The position numbers were made by a program, and so were the translations under genes. A stretch of DNA of 64,000 nt from Mobula hypostoma (taxonomy: Eukaryota): assembly GCF_963921235.1 (NCBI RefSeq), contig NC_086108.1:30816001-30880000 (forward strand), written 5' to 3'. Below the pieces are notes generated by a model that was not told where the DNA came from, ran no database searches, and saw only the letters and a list, made by a program, of their open reading frames with translations. This document shows, piece after piece, positions 1-12,852 of the stretch (positions are counted from its first letter, which is position 1; each line of letters starts with the position of its first letter).

Positions 1-5
1 TGCTG

Positions 6-33
6 GGCCACAAATTTATCAATCACCCCTGTA
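6..33. mobile_element. Isolated terminal inverted repeat of the mariner-type MITE family seen at 52967-53281
   Basis: ggccacaaatttatcaatcacccct-gTA is the reverse complement of the TIR copy at 53121 (aaggggtgattgataagtttgtggcc) and ends in TA. Confidence 0.6.
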
Positions 34-144
34 AATCAGCTTCAATTGTCTGTCTGTGATATTGGCTCAGATTAGATTCCAGGAATCCCCTGGAGTAAAG
101 ATTTTGCTGCTGTATCTTAGGCTACTTTTTTATTCAGGGTATTA

Positions 145-458
145 TTGCAAAAAGGCAGCGTGCATCATTACGGACCCCCATCAACCAGGTCACACCGTGT
201 TCTCATTGCTGCCATCAGGAAGCAGGTACAGAAGCCTGCAGGTACACACTCAATGATTAGTAACAGCTTCTTCCCCTGTCTTCTGAATGGATGATGAACC
301 CACTTTTTTATTTCTATTTTTGCACCACTTATTTAATTTATTTATGTGTGTGTAATTCACAGGGTTTTTATATTATTATGTATTGCATTGTACTGGTACC
401 ATGAAGACAACAAATTTCAGGACATATGCCAGTGACATTAAACCTGATTCTGATTCTG
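145..458 (+). mobile_element. Rex/Babar-type LINE 3' fragment
   Basis: Translates KAACIITDPHQPGHTVFSLLPSGSRYRSL (C-terminal motif shared with 49841 and 35618 ORFs); ends in (CTGATT)n tail at 444-458. Confidence 0.75.
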
Positions 459-749
459 CAATCAGCAATCCCCCTATTTATCGGTTTGCATCTTGTGGCA
501 CTACGATTGTCTAGTTTTTGATTTAGAATTGGCTTGAGAAAGTCCCTCACAATTCCCTTGCTGAGTTACCAAGTAACGTTACAAAGAGCTCTAAAGTTCA
601 GGATTTAATCTTCAGGCTGCACCTTAGGGTGAACACTGAGTGAGAATAACAACCAAGGGACAAGAATTTTGAAGAATGTTTGTACTAGTTGGAGGGCAAA
701 TACTCTCAATATTGGGGGCATCCAAAAGGGGTTAGAGACGCATAGACTA

Positions 750-1190
750 GAGATGCTGAAATATAGAGCAAAAATCAAACTACTGATGGAACTCAGTGGG
801 TTTGTCGGTGGTGGAGGGGAGTGGAAGAAGTGAAAAGAATTGTTAACATTTTGGGTTGAGACGTTGCATCTAGACAAAGAGTGGTGAGGGAAGATGGCTG
901 GTCTAAAGAGGAGGAGAGGAGATTTGAGACAGATGTTGGTAAGTAGTTGGTAAACTGAGGAGAGGTGAAGAATGACATGAGGTAGATCCGGTGGGGGAGA
1001 GGGAGAGATTGAGTTGGGAGACAGAGGCAGGTGAACAAGTACACTCCTGTCTCAATCCATCTCCTCACCTCTTAATACTGGCATTCATTGCTCTCCACTC
1101 TCAGTCCTGATGCAGGGTCTTCACCCAAAACATCGACAATTCCCCCTCTCCTACTGATGCTGCTTGACCTGTAGAGTTCTTCCTGCAGTT
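750..1190. mobile_element. Penelope-derived fold-back element, subfamily B (two inverted terminal repeats)
   Basis: Left arm (gctgaaatatagagc...ttgcatctagac) is roughly the reverse complement of right arm (cagtcctgatgcagggtc...gagttcttcctgcag); purine-rich PLE 3' sequence between them. Confidence 0.6.
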
Positions 1191-1414
1191 AGTTTTTTTT
1201 TAACCTTGCTTCTGAAAATGGTTGCCGAATTCCCATTAAAAAAACTAAATAAGGAATTAAAATATAACATTTTCTCTGTGCTGTTTTATTTATTGGACCA
1301 ATGCATTAACAATAAGGGTGAAAGGTTGGTTTGAATAGATTGGCTTGTCAGAAACATTGTCATTAAGCCCTGCAGCATTAAACATCAACAATCAGAAACC
1401 TACTTATACTAACA

Positions 1415-1625
1415 AACAAGAGAAAATCTGTAGGTGCTGGAAATCGAAGCACACAAAATGCTGGAGGAACTCCACAGGTAAGGCAGCATCTATAGAAAAA
1501 AGTAAACAGTTGAGTTTTCAGGCCTGATGAAGGATCCCAGCCTGAAAAGTCAACTGAAGTCAGCTGTTTACTCCTTTCCATAGATGCTGTCTGGCCTGCT
1601 GATTTCCTCCAGCATTTTGTGTGTC
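1415..1625. mobile_element. Penelope-derived palindromic element with hammerhead core at its centre
   Basis: 1450-1523 pairs with 1540-1624 (acacaaaatgctggaggaa / ttcctccagcattttgtgt); CTGATGA-AGG-atcccag-CCT-GAAA-aGTC at 1524-1551. Confidence 0.75.
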
Positions 1626-1639
1626 CTACACATTAATCT

Positions 1640-1912
1640 CATTTTATTTCCCTATATTCCCATCAATTCCTATCACAATCTGTGGGGACAGGGCTGTGTG
1701 TTGGTGGGGCGGGGGGTGGAAGATGGAAATTTATAGCGGTTATTAACCCACCAACTTGCATTTTGCATTGTGCGAAGATATTGAAGCACCTAGAGAAAGC
1801 TCCATACGTTCACAGGAGAAACAGGCAAAGTCTACGCACACAGAATCAGAGGTTAGGACTGAACCTAGTCTATCAGTGCTGAGAGGCAGTCACTCTACAA
1901 GCTACATCACTA
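1640..1912 (-). mobile_element. Decayed V-SINE (HE1-like)
   Basis: Reverse-strand similarity to the tRNA head and V-domain of the plus-strand copy at 27755-28050. Confidence 0.55.
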
Positions 1913-2269
1913 TTTTGCCATTTTTAGAGATGGGAGATCAAGTGATAGAATACATTCAACAAAACATAACAACCAGAGACTTGGTTGTAATCTAGACTTC
2001 TAAAAGTACTGTAGAAGGATAAGCGTCTGAACAAGCTGTGCCTTTTAGCAGAACATTAAAATATACCACCTAGTGGTAGAACTTCTTACTTAAAACTGGC
2101 TCAAATGCATTCTCTAAATATTGAGCAGTATCTGTATAATAACCCGTGAGGCTTTTCTATTTGCAAGTCTTCCTCCTTTGTCACCTGAACAAGAGCTATA
2201 TATATATAGCTCCTATATTTACCAGATTCATTAGATTATGGGCACTGTGTTGTTCAGTGGTTTTTGTAC

Positions 2270-2730
2270 TAATTTCTGCTCTACTCCCTTTTCACACATG
2301 ACTGTGTGGCTAGGCAGAGATCGAATGCCATCTTCAAATTCACCAATGATACTGTTGTTGTTGGACAAATCACAGGTCATGATGAGTCAGCTGACCAGAG
2401 CAAGATAGTTCACCTGGTTGACAGGTGCTGCAATAATAACCTCTCGTTAATGATCAGCTGAGAAAAGGAAAGATTGACGAATATGTACCAGTTTACATAG
2501 GAGGATCTGTGGTGAAGAGAGTCAGCAACATTAAGTTCCTGGATGTTAACATATTGGATAACCTCCAACAGCACACCACCAGGATCAGGAAGAGTTGTGA
2601 CCCTACACCATCAGGTTCCTGAACCAGCGTGAGTAACTTCAATCACTTCTACTCTGAACTGATTCTATGACCTGCAGACTCACTTTCAACAACTCATATT
2701 CTCAGTATTAAATTTTATTTGCACAATGGT
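2270..2730 (+). mobile_element. Rex/Babar LINE RT remnant, internally deleted
   Basis: Reads LYSLFTHDCVARQRSNAIFKFTNDTVVVGQITGHDES (degenerate KFADD region), then jumps to 3' end sequence. Confidence 0.6.
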
Positions 2731-2739
2731 CAGGTAATC

Positions 2740-3115
2740 TGATGCGGTGAATCCGAGGCGAGGGACGATCCAAGCTGAATTGAAAAGGTTGGATACTGGC
2801 CATAATGAGACGATGGAGGCCAAGCCCAAGGGTGAGGAATGACCTGAGGTTTGGATGATTTAGGCACCGGGCAAAACTGAAGTGGTCAGGATGTTGGGGT
2901 CAGAGGTGAGATGGGCCAGTTTGGCTTGCTGCTCTGTGGGGTTTGCTTAACTCTGTGCGGGACTGGGGTGGTCTGAATCAGCTCCTATGGACTTCTGAAT
3001 TAGCTGCAGCAACGCCTGGAGTTGTGAACTTCAGTTCTGAATGCTGTTTGCTTGCTTTCTGGTTTACACAATTTGTTTTTCTTCTGTATCTGCACATTGT
3101 GTGTTTGATGGTCTT
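2740..3115 (+). mobile_element. Non-autonomous repeat that hosts the CR1 nest (resumes at about 14150-14202)
   Basis: ...tttgatggtctt | ...atttcatggctgc continues like the related copy at 34259-34312; gtctt duplicated at 3111-3115 and 14150-14154. Confidence 0.5.
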
Positions 3116-3559
3116 AGAACATAGAAAATCTGCAGCATATTACAGGCCCTTCCGCCCACAATGTTGTGGAAACCATGCAACCTACTCTGGAAACTGCCTA
3201 GAATTTCCCTCCCGCATAGCCCTCTATTTGTCTAAGCTCCATGTACCTATCTAAGAGTCTAAAAACACCCTACTGTAATCGCCTCAACCACCATTGCTGG
3301 CAGTGCATTCCACGTACCCACCACTCCGTGTGAAAAAATTACCCCTGACACACCTCTTGTACCTACTTCCAAGCACCTTAAAACTATGCCATTTTAACCC
3401 TGGGAAAAAGTCTCTGGCTATCCACATGATCAATACCTCTTGTCATCTTATACACCTCTATTAGGTCACCTCTCATCCCCCATTACGCCAAGGAAAAAAA
3501 GGCCCAGTTCACTCAAACTATTCTCATAAGGCATGCTCTCCAATCCAGGCAACAACCTT

Positions 3560-5622
3560 ATGTTCCTGTTAGGTTGAAAGGAAAGGTTAAAAGTTTGAGA
3601 GAGCCATGGTTTTCAAGGGATATTGGAAACTTGGTTCAGAAAAAGAGAGATATCTACAATAAAAATAGGCAGCATGGAGTAAATGAGGTGCTCGAGGAAT
3701 ATAAAGAATATAAAAAGAATCTTAAGGAAGAAATTAGAAAAGCTAAAAGAAGATACGAGGTTGCTTTGGCAAGTAAGGTGAAAATAAATCCCAAGGGTTT
3801 CTACAGTTATATTAATAGCAAAAGGATAGTGAGGGATAAAATTGGTCCCTTAGAGAATCAGAGTGGACAACTATGTGTGGAACCAAAAGAGATGGGGGAG
3901 ATTTTGAACATTTTCTTTTCTTCGGTATTCACTAAGGAGAAGGATATTGAATTGTGTAAGGTAAGGGAAACAGGTAGGGAAGTTATGGAAACTATGATGA
4001 TTAAAGAAGAGGAAGTATTGGCGCTTTTAAGGAATATAAAAATGGATAAGTCTTTGGGTTCTGACAGGATATTCCCTAGGACCTTGAAGGAAGTTAGTGT
4101 AGAAATATCAGGGCCTCTGACTGAAATATTTCAAATGTCATTAGAAACGGGGATGGTGCCAGAGGATTGGCATATTTCTCATGTTGTTCCATTGTTTAAA
4201 AAGGGTTCTAAGAGTAAACCTAACAATTATCGACCTGTAAGTTTGACGTCAGTGGTGGGTAAATTAATGGAAAGTATTCTTAGAGATGGTATATATAATT
4301 ATCTGGATAGACAGGGTCTAATTAGGAACAGTCAACATGGATTTGTGCGTGGAAGGTCATGTTTGACAAATCTTATTGAATTTTTTGAAGAGGTTACTAG
4401 GAAAGTTGACGAGGGTTAAGTGGTGGATGTCGTCTATATGGACTTCAGTAAGGCCTTTGACAAGGTTCCACATGGAAGGTTAGTTAGGAAGGTTCAATCG
4501 TTAGGTATTAATATTGAAGCAGTAAAATGGATTCAACAGTGGCTGGATGGGAGACACTAGAGAGTAGTGGTGGATAGCTGTTTGTCAGGTCTGAGGCCGG
4601 TGACTAGTGGTGTGCCTCAGGGATCTGTACTGGGTCCAATGTTGTTTTTCATATATATTAATGATCTGGGTGATGGGGTGGTAAATTGGATTAGTAAGTA
4701 TGCAGATGATACTAAGATAGGTGGTGTTGTGGAAAATGAAGTAGGCTTTCAAAGCTTACAGAGAGATTGAGGCCAGTTGGAAGAGTGGACTGAAAGATGG
4801 CAGATGGAGTTTAATGCTGATAAGTGTGAGGTGCCACATTTTGGTAGGACTAATCAAAATAGGACATACATGGTAAATGGTAGGCATTGAAGAATGCAGT
4901 AGAACAGTGGGATTTAGGAATAATGGTGAATAGTTCCCTGAAGGTGGAATCTCATGTGGATAGGGTGGTGAAGAAAGCTTTTGGTATGCTGGCCTTTATA
5001 AACCAAAGCATTGAGTATAGGAGTTGGGATGTAATGTTAAATTTGTACAAGGCATTGGTAAGGCCAAATTTGGAGTATTGTGTACAGTTCTAGTCACCGA
5101 ATTATAGGAAAGATGTCAACAAAATAGAGAGAGTACAGAGAAGATTTACTAGAATGTTACCTCGGTTTCAGCACCTAAGTTACAGAGAAAGGTTGAACAA
5201 GTTAGGTCTTTATTCTTTGGAGCATAGAAGGTTGAGGGGGGACTTGATAGAGGTATTTAAAATTATGAGTGGGATAGATAGAGTTGACGTGGATAGGCTT
5301 TTTCCATTGAGAGTAGGGGAAATTCATACAAGAGGACATGAGTTGAGATTTAGGGAGGAAACGTTTAGGGGTAACACGAGGGGGAACTTCTTTACTCAGA
5401 GAGTAGTAGCTGTGTGGAACGAGCTTCCAATAGAAGTGGTAGAGGCAGGTTCGATATTGACTTTTAAAGTAAAATTGGATAGCTATCTGGACAGGAAAGG
5501 AATGGAGGGTTATGGGCTGAGTGCAGGTCGGTGGGACTATGTGAGAGTAAGTGTTCAGCACGGACTAGAATGGCCGAGATGGCCTATTTCCGTGCTGTAA
5601 TTGTTATATGGTTTATATGGTT
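3560..5622 (+). mobile_element. CR1 LINE B, 5'-truncated, ORF2 RT disrupted
   Basis: ORFs 3574-4419, 4567-4770 ([14 protein letters not shown]), 4887-5093, 5154-5600; (TTATATGG)n-type tail. Confidence 0.9.
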
Positions 5623-6525
5623 TAAATCTCCTCTGCACTCTCCATATAGTATCCACATCCTTCCTGTAATGAGATGACCGGAAGTGAACACAGGATAGCA
5701 AGTGGGGTGTAACTAAGGTTTTAAATAGCCTTAACAATACCTCAAGGCTCTTGAACTCAATCCCATGGTTGATGAAGGCCAACACTCCATACGCCTTCTT
5801 AACAACACTGTCAACCTGCATAGCAGCTTTGAGTGTCCGATGGAGATGGACCCCAAGATCTCGCTGATCCTCCACACTGCAATGAGGCTCGCCATTAATA
5901 GAAATATAGAACATAGAAACATGGAAAACCTACAGCACAATACAGGCCCTTTGGTCCACAAAGCTGTGCCGAACGTGTCCCTACCTTAGAAATTACCTAG
6001 GGTTACCCATAGCCCTCTATTTTTCTAAGCTCCATGTACCTATGAAGGAGTCTCTTAAAAGACCCTATCATATCTGCCTCCACCACTGCCACCAGCAGTC
6101 CATTCCACTCACTCACCATTTCCTACGTAAAAGAACTTACCCCTGACATCTCCTCTGTACCTACTTTCAAGCACCTTAAAACTGTTCCCTCTCTCGCTAG
6201 CCATTTCAGCCCTGGAAAAAAGCCTTTGACTATCCACATGTTTAATGCCTCTCATCATCTTGTACACCTCTATCAGGTCACCTCTCATCCTCCGTCGCTC
6301 CGAGGAAAAAAGGCCAAGTTCACTCAACCTATTTTCATAAGGCATGCTCCCCAAACCAGGCAACATCCTTGTAAATCTCCTCTGCACCCTTTCTATAGTT
6401 TCCACATCCTTCCTGTAGTGAAGCGACCAGAACTGTGCACAGTACTCCAAATGGGGTCTGATCAGGGTTCTATATAGCTGCCATATTATCTCTCGGCTCT
6501 TAAAATCAATCCCACGATTGATGAA

Positions 6526-8030
6526 CAACGAATCTCATAGAATTTTTTGAGAATGTAACTAGTAGAGTGGATAGGGGAGAACCAGTGGATGTGGTATATT
6601 TGGATTTTCAAAAGGCTTTTGACAAGGTCCCACACAGGAGATTTGTGTGCAAACTTAAAGCACACGGTATCTGTGGAATTCTCTGCCACAGGAAACAGTT
6701 GAGGCCAGTTCATTGGCTATATTTAAGAGGGAGTTAGATATGGCCCTTGTGGCTACGGGGATCAGGGGGTATGGAGGGAAGGCTGGGGCGGGGTTCTGAG
6801 TTGGATGATCAGCCATGATCATAATAAATGGCGGTGCAGGCTCGAAGGGCTGAATGGCCTACTCCTGCACCTATTTTCTATGTTTCTATGTTTCTATGTA
6901 TTGGGGGTAAGGTATTGATGTGGATAGAGAATTGGTTAGCAGACAGGAAGCAAAGAGTGGGAATAAACGGGACCTTTTCAGAATGGCAGGCAGTGACTAG
7001 TGGGGTACCGCAAGGCTCAGTGCTGGGACCCCAGTTGTTTACAATATATATTAATGACTTGGATGAGGGAATTAAATGCAGCATCTCCAAGTTTGCGGAT
7101 GACACGAAGCTGGGCGACAGTGTTAGCTGTGAGGAAGATGCTAAGAGGATGCAGGGTGACTTGGATAGGTTGGGTGAGTGGGCAAATTCATGGCAGATGC
7201 AATTTAATGTGGATAAATGTGAAGTTATCCACTTTGGTGGCAAAAATAGGAAAACAGATTATTATCTGAATGGTGGCCGATTAGGAAAAGGGGAGGTGCA
7301 ACGAGACCTGGGTGTCATTATACACCAGTCATTGAACGTGGGCATGCAGGTACAGCAGGCAGTGAAAAAGGCGAATGGTATGCTGGCATTTATAGCGAGA
7401 GGATTCGAGTACAGGAGCAGGGAGGTACTACTGCAGTTGTACAAGGCCTTGGTGAGACCACACCTGGAGTATTGTGTGCAGTTTTGGTCCCCTAATCTGA
7501 GGAAAGACATCCTTGCCATAGAGGGAGTACAAAGAAGGTTCACCAGATTGATTCCTGGGATGGCAGGACTTTCATATGAAGAAAGACTGGATGAACTGGG
7601 TTTGTACTTGTTGGAATTTAGAAGATTGAGGGGGGATCTGATTGAAACGTATAAAATCCTAAAGGGATTGGACAGGCTAGATGCAGGAAGATTGTTCCCG
7701 ATGTTGGGGAAGTCCAGAACGAGGGGTCACAGTCTGAGGATAAAGGGGAAGCCTTTTAGGACCGAGATTAGAAAAAACTTCTTCACACAGAGAGTGGTGA
7801 ATCTGTGGAATTCTCTGCCACAGGAAACAGTTGAGGCCAGTTCATTGGCTATATTTAAGAGGGAGTTAGATATGGCCCTTGTGGCTAAAGGGATCAGGGG
7901 GTATGGAGGGAAGGCTGGTGCAGGGTTCTGAGTTGGATGATCAGCCATGATCATAATAAATGGCAGTGCAGGCTCGAAGGGCCGAATGGCCTACTCCTGC
8001 ACCTATTTTCTATTTTTCTATGTTTCTATG
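6526..8030 (+). mobile_element. CR1 LINE D (young family), 5'-truncated
   Basis: RT and C-terminus open from about 6900 to 7931; atgaa duplicated at 6521-6525 and 8028-8032; (TTTCTATG)n tail. Confidence 0.9.
6671..6898 (+). mobile_element. CR1 LINE E: short 3' end of the young family inserted into D
   Basis: Near-identical to 7803-8030; gtat duplicated at 6667-6670 and 6898-6901. Confidence 0.85.
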
Positions 8031-8804
8031 AAGGCCAATGCACTATAAGCCTTCTTAACCACAGAGTCAATCTGAGCAGCAGCTTTGAGAGTCCTATGGA
8101 CTCAGACCGCAAGATCCCTCTGATCCTCCACACTGCCAAGAGTCTTACCATTAATACTATATTCTGCCATTATATTTGACCTACCAAAATGAACCACCTC
8201 ACACTTATCTGGGTTGAACTCCATCTGCCACTTCGCAGCCTGGTTTTGCATCCTATCAATGTCCTGCTGTAACCTCTGACAGCCCTCCACACTGTCCACA
8301 ACACCCCTAACCTTTGTGTCATCAGCAAATTTACTAACCCATCCCTCCACTTCCTCATCCAGGTCATTTATAAAATCACAAAGAATGGGAGTCCCAGAAC
8401 AGATCCCTGAGGCACACCACTGGTGACCGACCTCCATGCAGAATATGATCCGTCTACAACCACCCTTTGCCTTCTGTGGGCAAGCCAGTTCTGGATCCAC
8501 AAAGCAATGTCCCCTTGGATCCCATGCCTCCTTACTTTCTCAATAAGCCTTGGATGGAGTACCTTATCAAATGCCTTGCTGAAATCCATAAACAATACAT
8601 CTACTGCTCTACCTTCATCAAAGTGTTTAGTCACATCCTCAAAAAATTCAATCCAGCTCATAAGGCATGACCTGCCTTTGACAAAGTCAATATTATATTA
8701 TATTATGTCTTCAAATTTGTTCTATCGAAATGAATCACTTCATACTTATCTGGCTTGAACTCCATCTGCCAATTCTCAGCCCAGTTCTGCATCCTATCGA
8801 TGTC

Positions 8805-9435
8805 ATAGAAACATAGAAACATAGAAAATAGGTGCAGGAGTAGGCCATTCGGCCCTTTGAGCCTGCACCGCCATTTATTATGATCATGGCTGATCATCCA
8901 ACTCAGAACCCCGCCCCAGCCTTCCCTCCATACCCCCTGACCCCTGTAGCCACAAGGGCCATATCTAACTCCCTCTTAAACATAGCCAATGAACTGGCCT
9001 CAACAGTTTGCTGTGGCAGAGAATTCCACAGATTCACCACTCTCTGTGTGAAGAAGTTTTTCCTAATCTCGGTCCTAAAAGTCTTCCCCTCTATCCTCAA
9101 ACTGTGACCCCTCGTTCTGGACTTCCCCAACATCGGGAACAATCTTCCTGCATCTAGCCTGTCCAATCCCTTTAGGATCTTATACGTTTCAATCAGATCC
9201 CCCCTCAATTTTCTAAATTCCAACGAGTACAAGCCCAGTTCATCCAGTCTTTCTTCATATGAAAGTCCTGCCATCCCAGGAATCAATCTAGTGAACCTTC
9301 TTTGTACTCCCTCTATGGCAAAGATGTCTTTCCTCAGATTAGGGGACCAAAACTGCACACAATACTCCAGGTGTGGTCTCACCAAGGCCTTGTACAACTG
9401 CAGTAGTACCTCCCTGCTCCTGTACTTGAATCCTC
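8805..9435 (-). mobile_element. CR1 LINE F (young family) 3' fragment
   Basis: (CATAGAAA)n tail at the left end; tgtc duplicated at 8801-8804 and 9436-9439. Confidence 0.9.
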
Positions 9436-10443
9436 TGTCCTGCTGTAACCTTTGACAACCCTCCAGATGATCCACAACAACCCCAACTTTTGTGTCATCA
9501 GCAAGCTTACTAACCCATGCTTCTACTTCCTCATCCATGACATTTAAAAAAATCATAAATAGGAGGGGTCCCAGAACATATCCTTGCAGAACACCATCCT
9601 CCATTCAGAATATGAACCATCCACAACAACTTTTGTCTTCTGTGGTCAACAATTCTAGATCCACAAAGCAAGGCTTCCTTGGATCCCATGCCTCATTACT
9701 TTCTGAATGAGCCTCACATGGGGAACCTTATTAAATGCCTTACTGAAAATATATTCACTGCTCTACCTTCATCAATGTGTTTTTTCACATCCTCAAAGAA
9801 TTCGATCACGTTTGAACTTGCCCTACCCTTGACAAAGCAAAGCTGACTATCCCTGATCAGATTATGTCTCTCCAAATGCTCAAAATCTGGCCTCTCAGGA
9901 TCTTCTCCAACAGCTCACCCACCACTGAAGTAAGACTCACTGGTCTATAATTTCCTAGGTTATCTCTACTCCTTTTTTTGAACAAAGGAACAACATTTAC
10001 AACCTTACAATTTTCTGGGTACTCCTCCCGTCCCTAAAGATCATCATCAGAGACTCAGCAATCTCCTCCCTCACTTCCCACAGTAGGCTAGGATATAACT
10101 CATCCAGTCCCTGCAACTTATCTAACTTAATACCTTTAAAATGCTCCAGCACATCTTCTTTCTTAATGTTTATACACTCAAGTGTTTCAGTCCACTTTAA
10201 CTCAGCCCTACAATTGCCAAGACCCTTTTCACTGGTGAATACTGAAGCATTAAGTACCTTCGCTACCTCCTCCGGTTCCACGCACTTGTTTCCAATCTCA
10301 CTCCTGATTGGTCCTATTCTCACACAGCTCATCTTCTTGCTCTTTACATACTTGTAGAATGTCTTGGAGTTTTCCTTAATCCTGCTCATCAACGTCTTCT
10401 CGTGGGCCTTCTAGCTCTCCTAATTTCATTCTTGAGCCCCTTC

Positions 10444-12852
10444 AATAGACAATAGAGAATAGACAATAGGTGCAGGAGTAGGCCATTCGGCCCTTAGAGC
10501 CAGCACCGCCATTCACTCTGATCATGGCTGATCATCCACAATCTGTATCTAGTTCCTGCCTTATCCCCATAACCTTTGATTCCACTATCTTTAAGAGCTC
10601 TATCCATCTCTTTCTTGAAAGCATCTATAGACTTGGCCTCCACAGCCTTCTGGGGCAGAGCATTCCATATATCCACCACTCTCTGGGTGAAAAAGTTTTT
10701 CCTCAACTCCGTTCTAAATGGCCTACCCCTTATTCTTAAACTGTGGCCTCTGGTTCTGGACTCACCCATCAGCAGGAACATGCTTCCTGCCTGCGGCATG
10801 TCCAATCCCTTAATAATCTTATATGTTTCAATAAGATCCCCTCTCAGCCTTCCAAATTCCAGAGTATACAAACCCAGTCGCTCCAATCTTTTGACATATG
10901 ACAGTCCCGCCTCCCAGGAATTAACCTTGTGAACCTACGCTGCACTCCCTCAATAGCAAGAATGTCCTTCCTCAAATTTGGAGACCAAAACTGCACACAG
11001 TATTCTAGGTGTGGTCTCACCAGGGCCCTGTACAGCTGCAGAAGGACCTCTTTGCTCTTATACTCAATTCTCCTTGTTATGAAGGCCAGCATGCCATTAG
11101 CTTTCTTCACTGCCTGCTGTACTTGCATGCTTGCTTTCAATGACTGATGCACAAGAACACCTAGATCTCGTTGTGCTTCCCCTTTTCATAACTTGACTCC
11201 ATTTAGATAATAATCTGCCTTCCTGTTCTTACCACCAAAGTGGATAACCTCACATTTATCCACATTAAACTGCATCTGCCATTCATCTGCCCACTCACCC
11301 AGCCTCTCCAAGTCACCCTGCGTTCTCATAACATCCTCCTCACATTTCACACTGCCACCCAGCTTTGTGTCATCTGCAAATTTGCTAATGTTACTTTTAA
11401 TTCCCTCATCTAAATCATTAATATATATTGTAAGCAGCTGCGGTCCCAGCACTGAACCCTGCGATACCCCACTGGTCACCGCCTGCCATTCTGAAGGGAC
11501 CTGTTAATCGCTACTCTTCATTTTCTGTCAGCCAGCCAATTTTCAATCTATGTCAGTACTCTGCCTCCAATACCATGTGCCCTAATTTTACCCACTAATC
11601 TCCTATGTGGGACTTTATCAAAGTCTTTCTGAAAGTCCAGGTACACTACATCCACTGGCTCTCCCTTGTCCATTTTCATAGTTATATCTTCAAAAAACTC
11701 CAGAAGATTAGTCAAGCACGATTTCCCCTTCGTAAATCCATGCTGACTCGGACCTATCCTGTTACTACTATCCAGATGTGTCGTAATTTCATCTTTTATA
11801 ATTGACTCCAGCATCTTTCCCACCACTGACATCAGGCTAACCGGTCTATAATTCCCTGTTTTCTCTCTTCCTCCCTTCTTGAAGAAAGGGACAATATTAG
11901 CCACCCTCCAATCCCCAGGAACTGATCTGGAATCTGTAGAACATTGGAAAATGATTACCAACGCGTTCACGATTTCTAAAGCCACCTCCTTAAGTATCCT
12001 GGGATGCAGACCATCAGGTCTCGGGGAATTATCAGCCTTCAGACCCAACAGCCTATCCGACACCATTTCCTGCCTAATATAAATTTTCTTCAGTTCATCC
12101 ATTACCCTAGGTCCTTTGGCCACTATTACATCTGGGAGATTGTTTGTGTCTTCCCTAGTGAAGACAGATCCAAAGTACCTGTTCAACTCGTTTGCCATTT
12201 CCTTGTTCCCCATAATAAATTCACCCGCTTCTGTCTTCAAGGGCCCAATTTTCGTCTTAACTATTTTTTTCCTTTTCACATACCTACGGAAGCTTTTACT
12301 ATCCTCCTTTATATTCTTGGCTAGTTTACCTTTGTACCTCATTTTTTCTCCATGTATTGCCTTTCTAGTTACCTTCTGTTGCTCTTTAATAGTTTCCCAA
12401 TCCTCCGGCTTCCCACTCATCGTTGCTATGTTATACTTCTTCTCTTTTATTTTTATACTGTCCATTACTTCCCTTGTCAGCCACGGCCTCCCCTTACTCC
12501 CTTTAGGATCTTTCTTCCTCTTTGGAATGAACTGATCCTGCATCTTCCGCATTATTCCCAGAAACACTTGCCATTGCTGTTGCACTGTCATCCCTGCTAG
12601 GGTATTGTTCCATTGAACTTTGGCCAGTTCCTCCCTCATAGCACCATAGTTCCCTTTGTTCGACTGTAATACTGACACTTCCAAGTTTCCCTTCTCCCTC
12701 TCAAATTGTAGATTAAAACTTATCATATTATGGTCACTACCTCCTAATGGCTCCTTTACCTTGAGGTCCCTGATCGAATCCAGTTCATTGCACAACGCTA
12801 AATCTAGAATTGAGTTCTCTCTGGTAGGCTCCAGTACAAGCTGTTCTAAGAA
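10444..12852 (-). mobile_element. CR1 LINE G (sister family), 5'-truncated in the APE domain
   Basis: ORFs 11548-12795 (GSDH...NYRPVSL...DFQK), 11186-11479 (FADD), 10844-11152, 10494-10886; (CAATAGA)n tail. Confidence 0.9.

Larger units (their letters stand above)
5901..8688 (-). mobile_element. CR1 LINE C, 5'-truncated, interrupted by CR1 D
   Basis: ORFs 6109-6528, 8102-8500 (FADD), 8368-8661; aata duplicated at 5897-5900 and 8689-8692. Confidence 0.85.

Noticed and set aside
2193..2212. 20-bp palindrome gagctatatatatatagctc
   Set aside because: Mostly a self-complementary (TA)n run.
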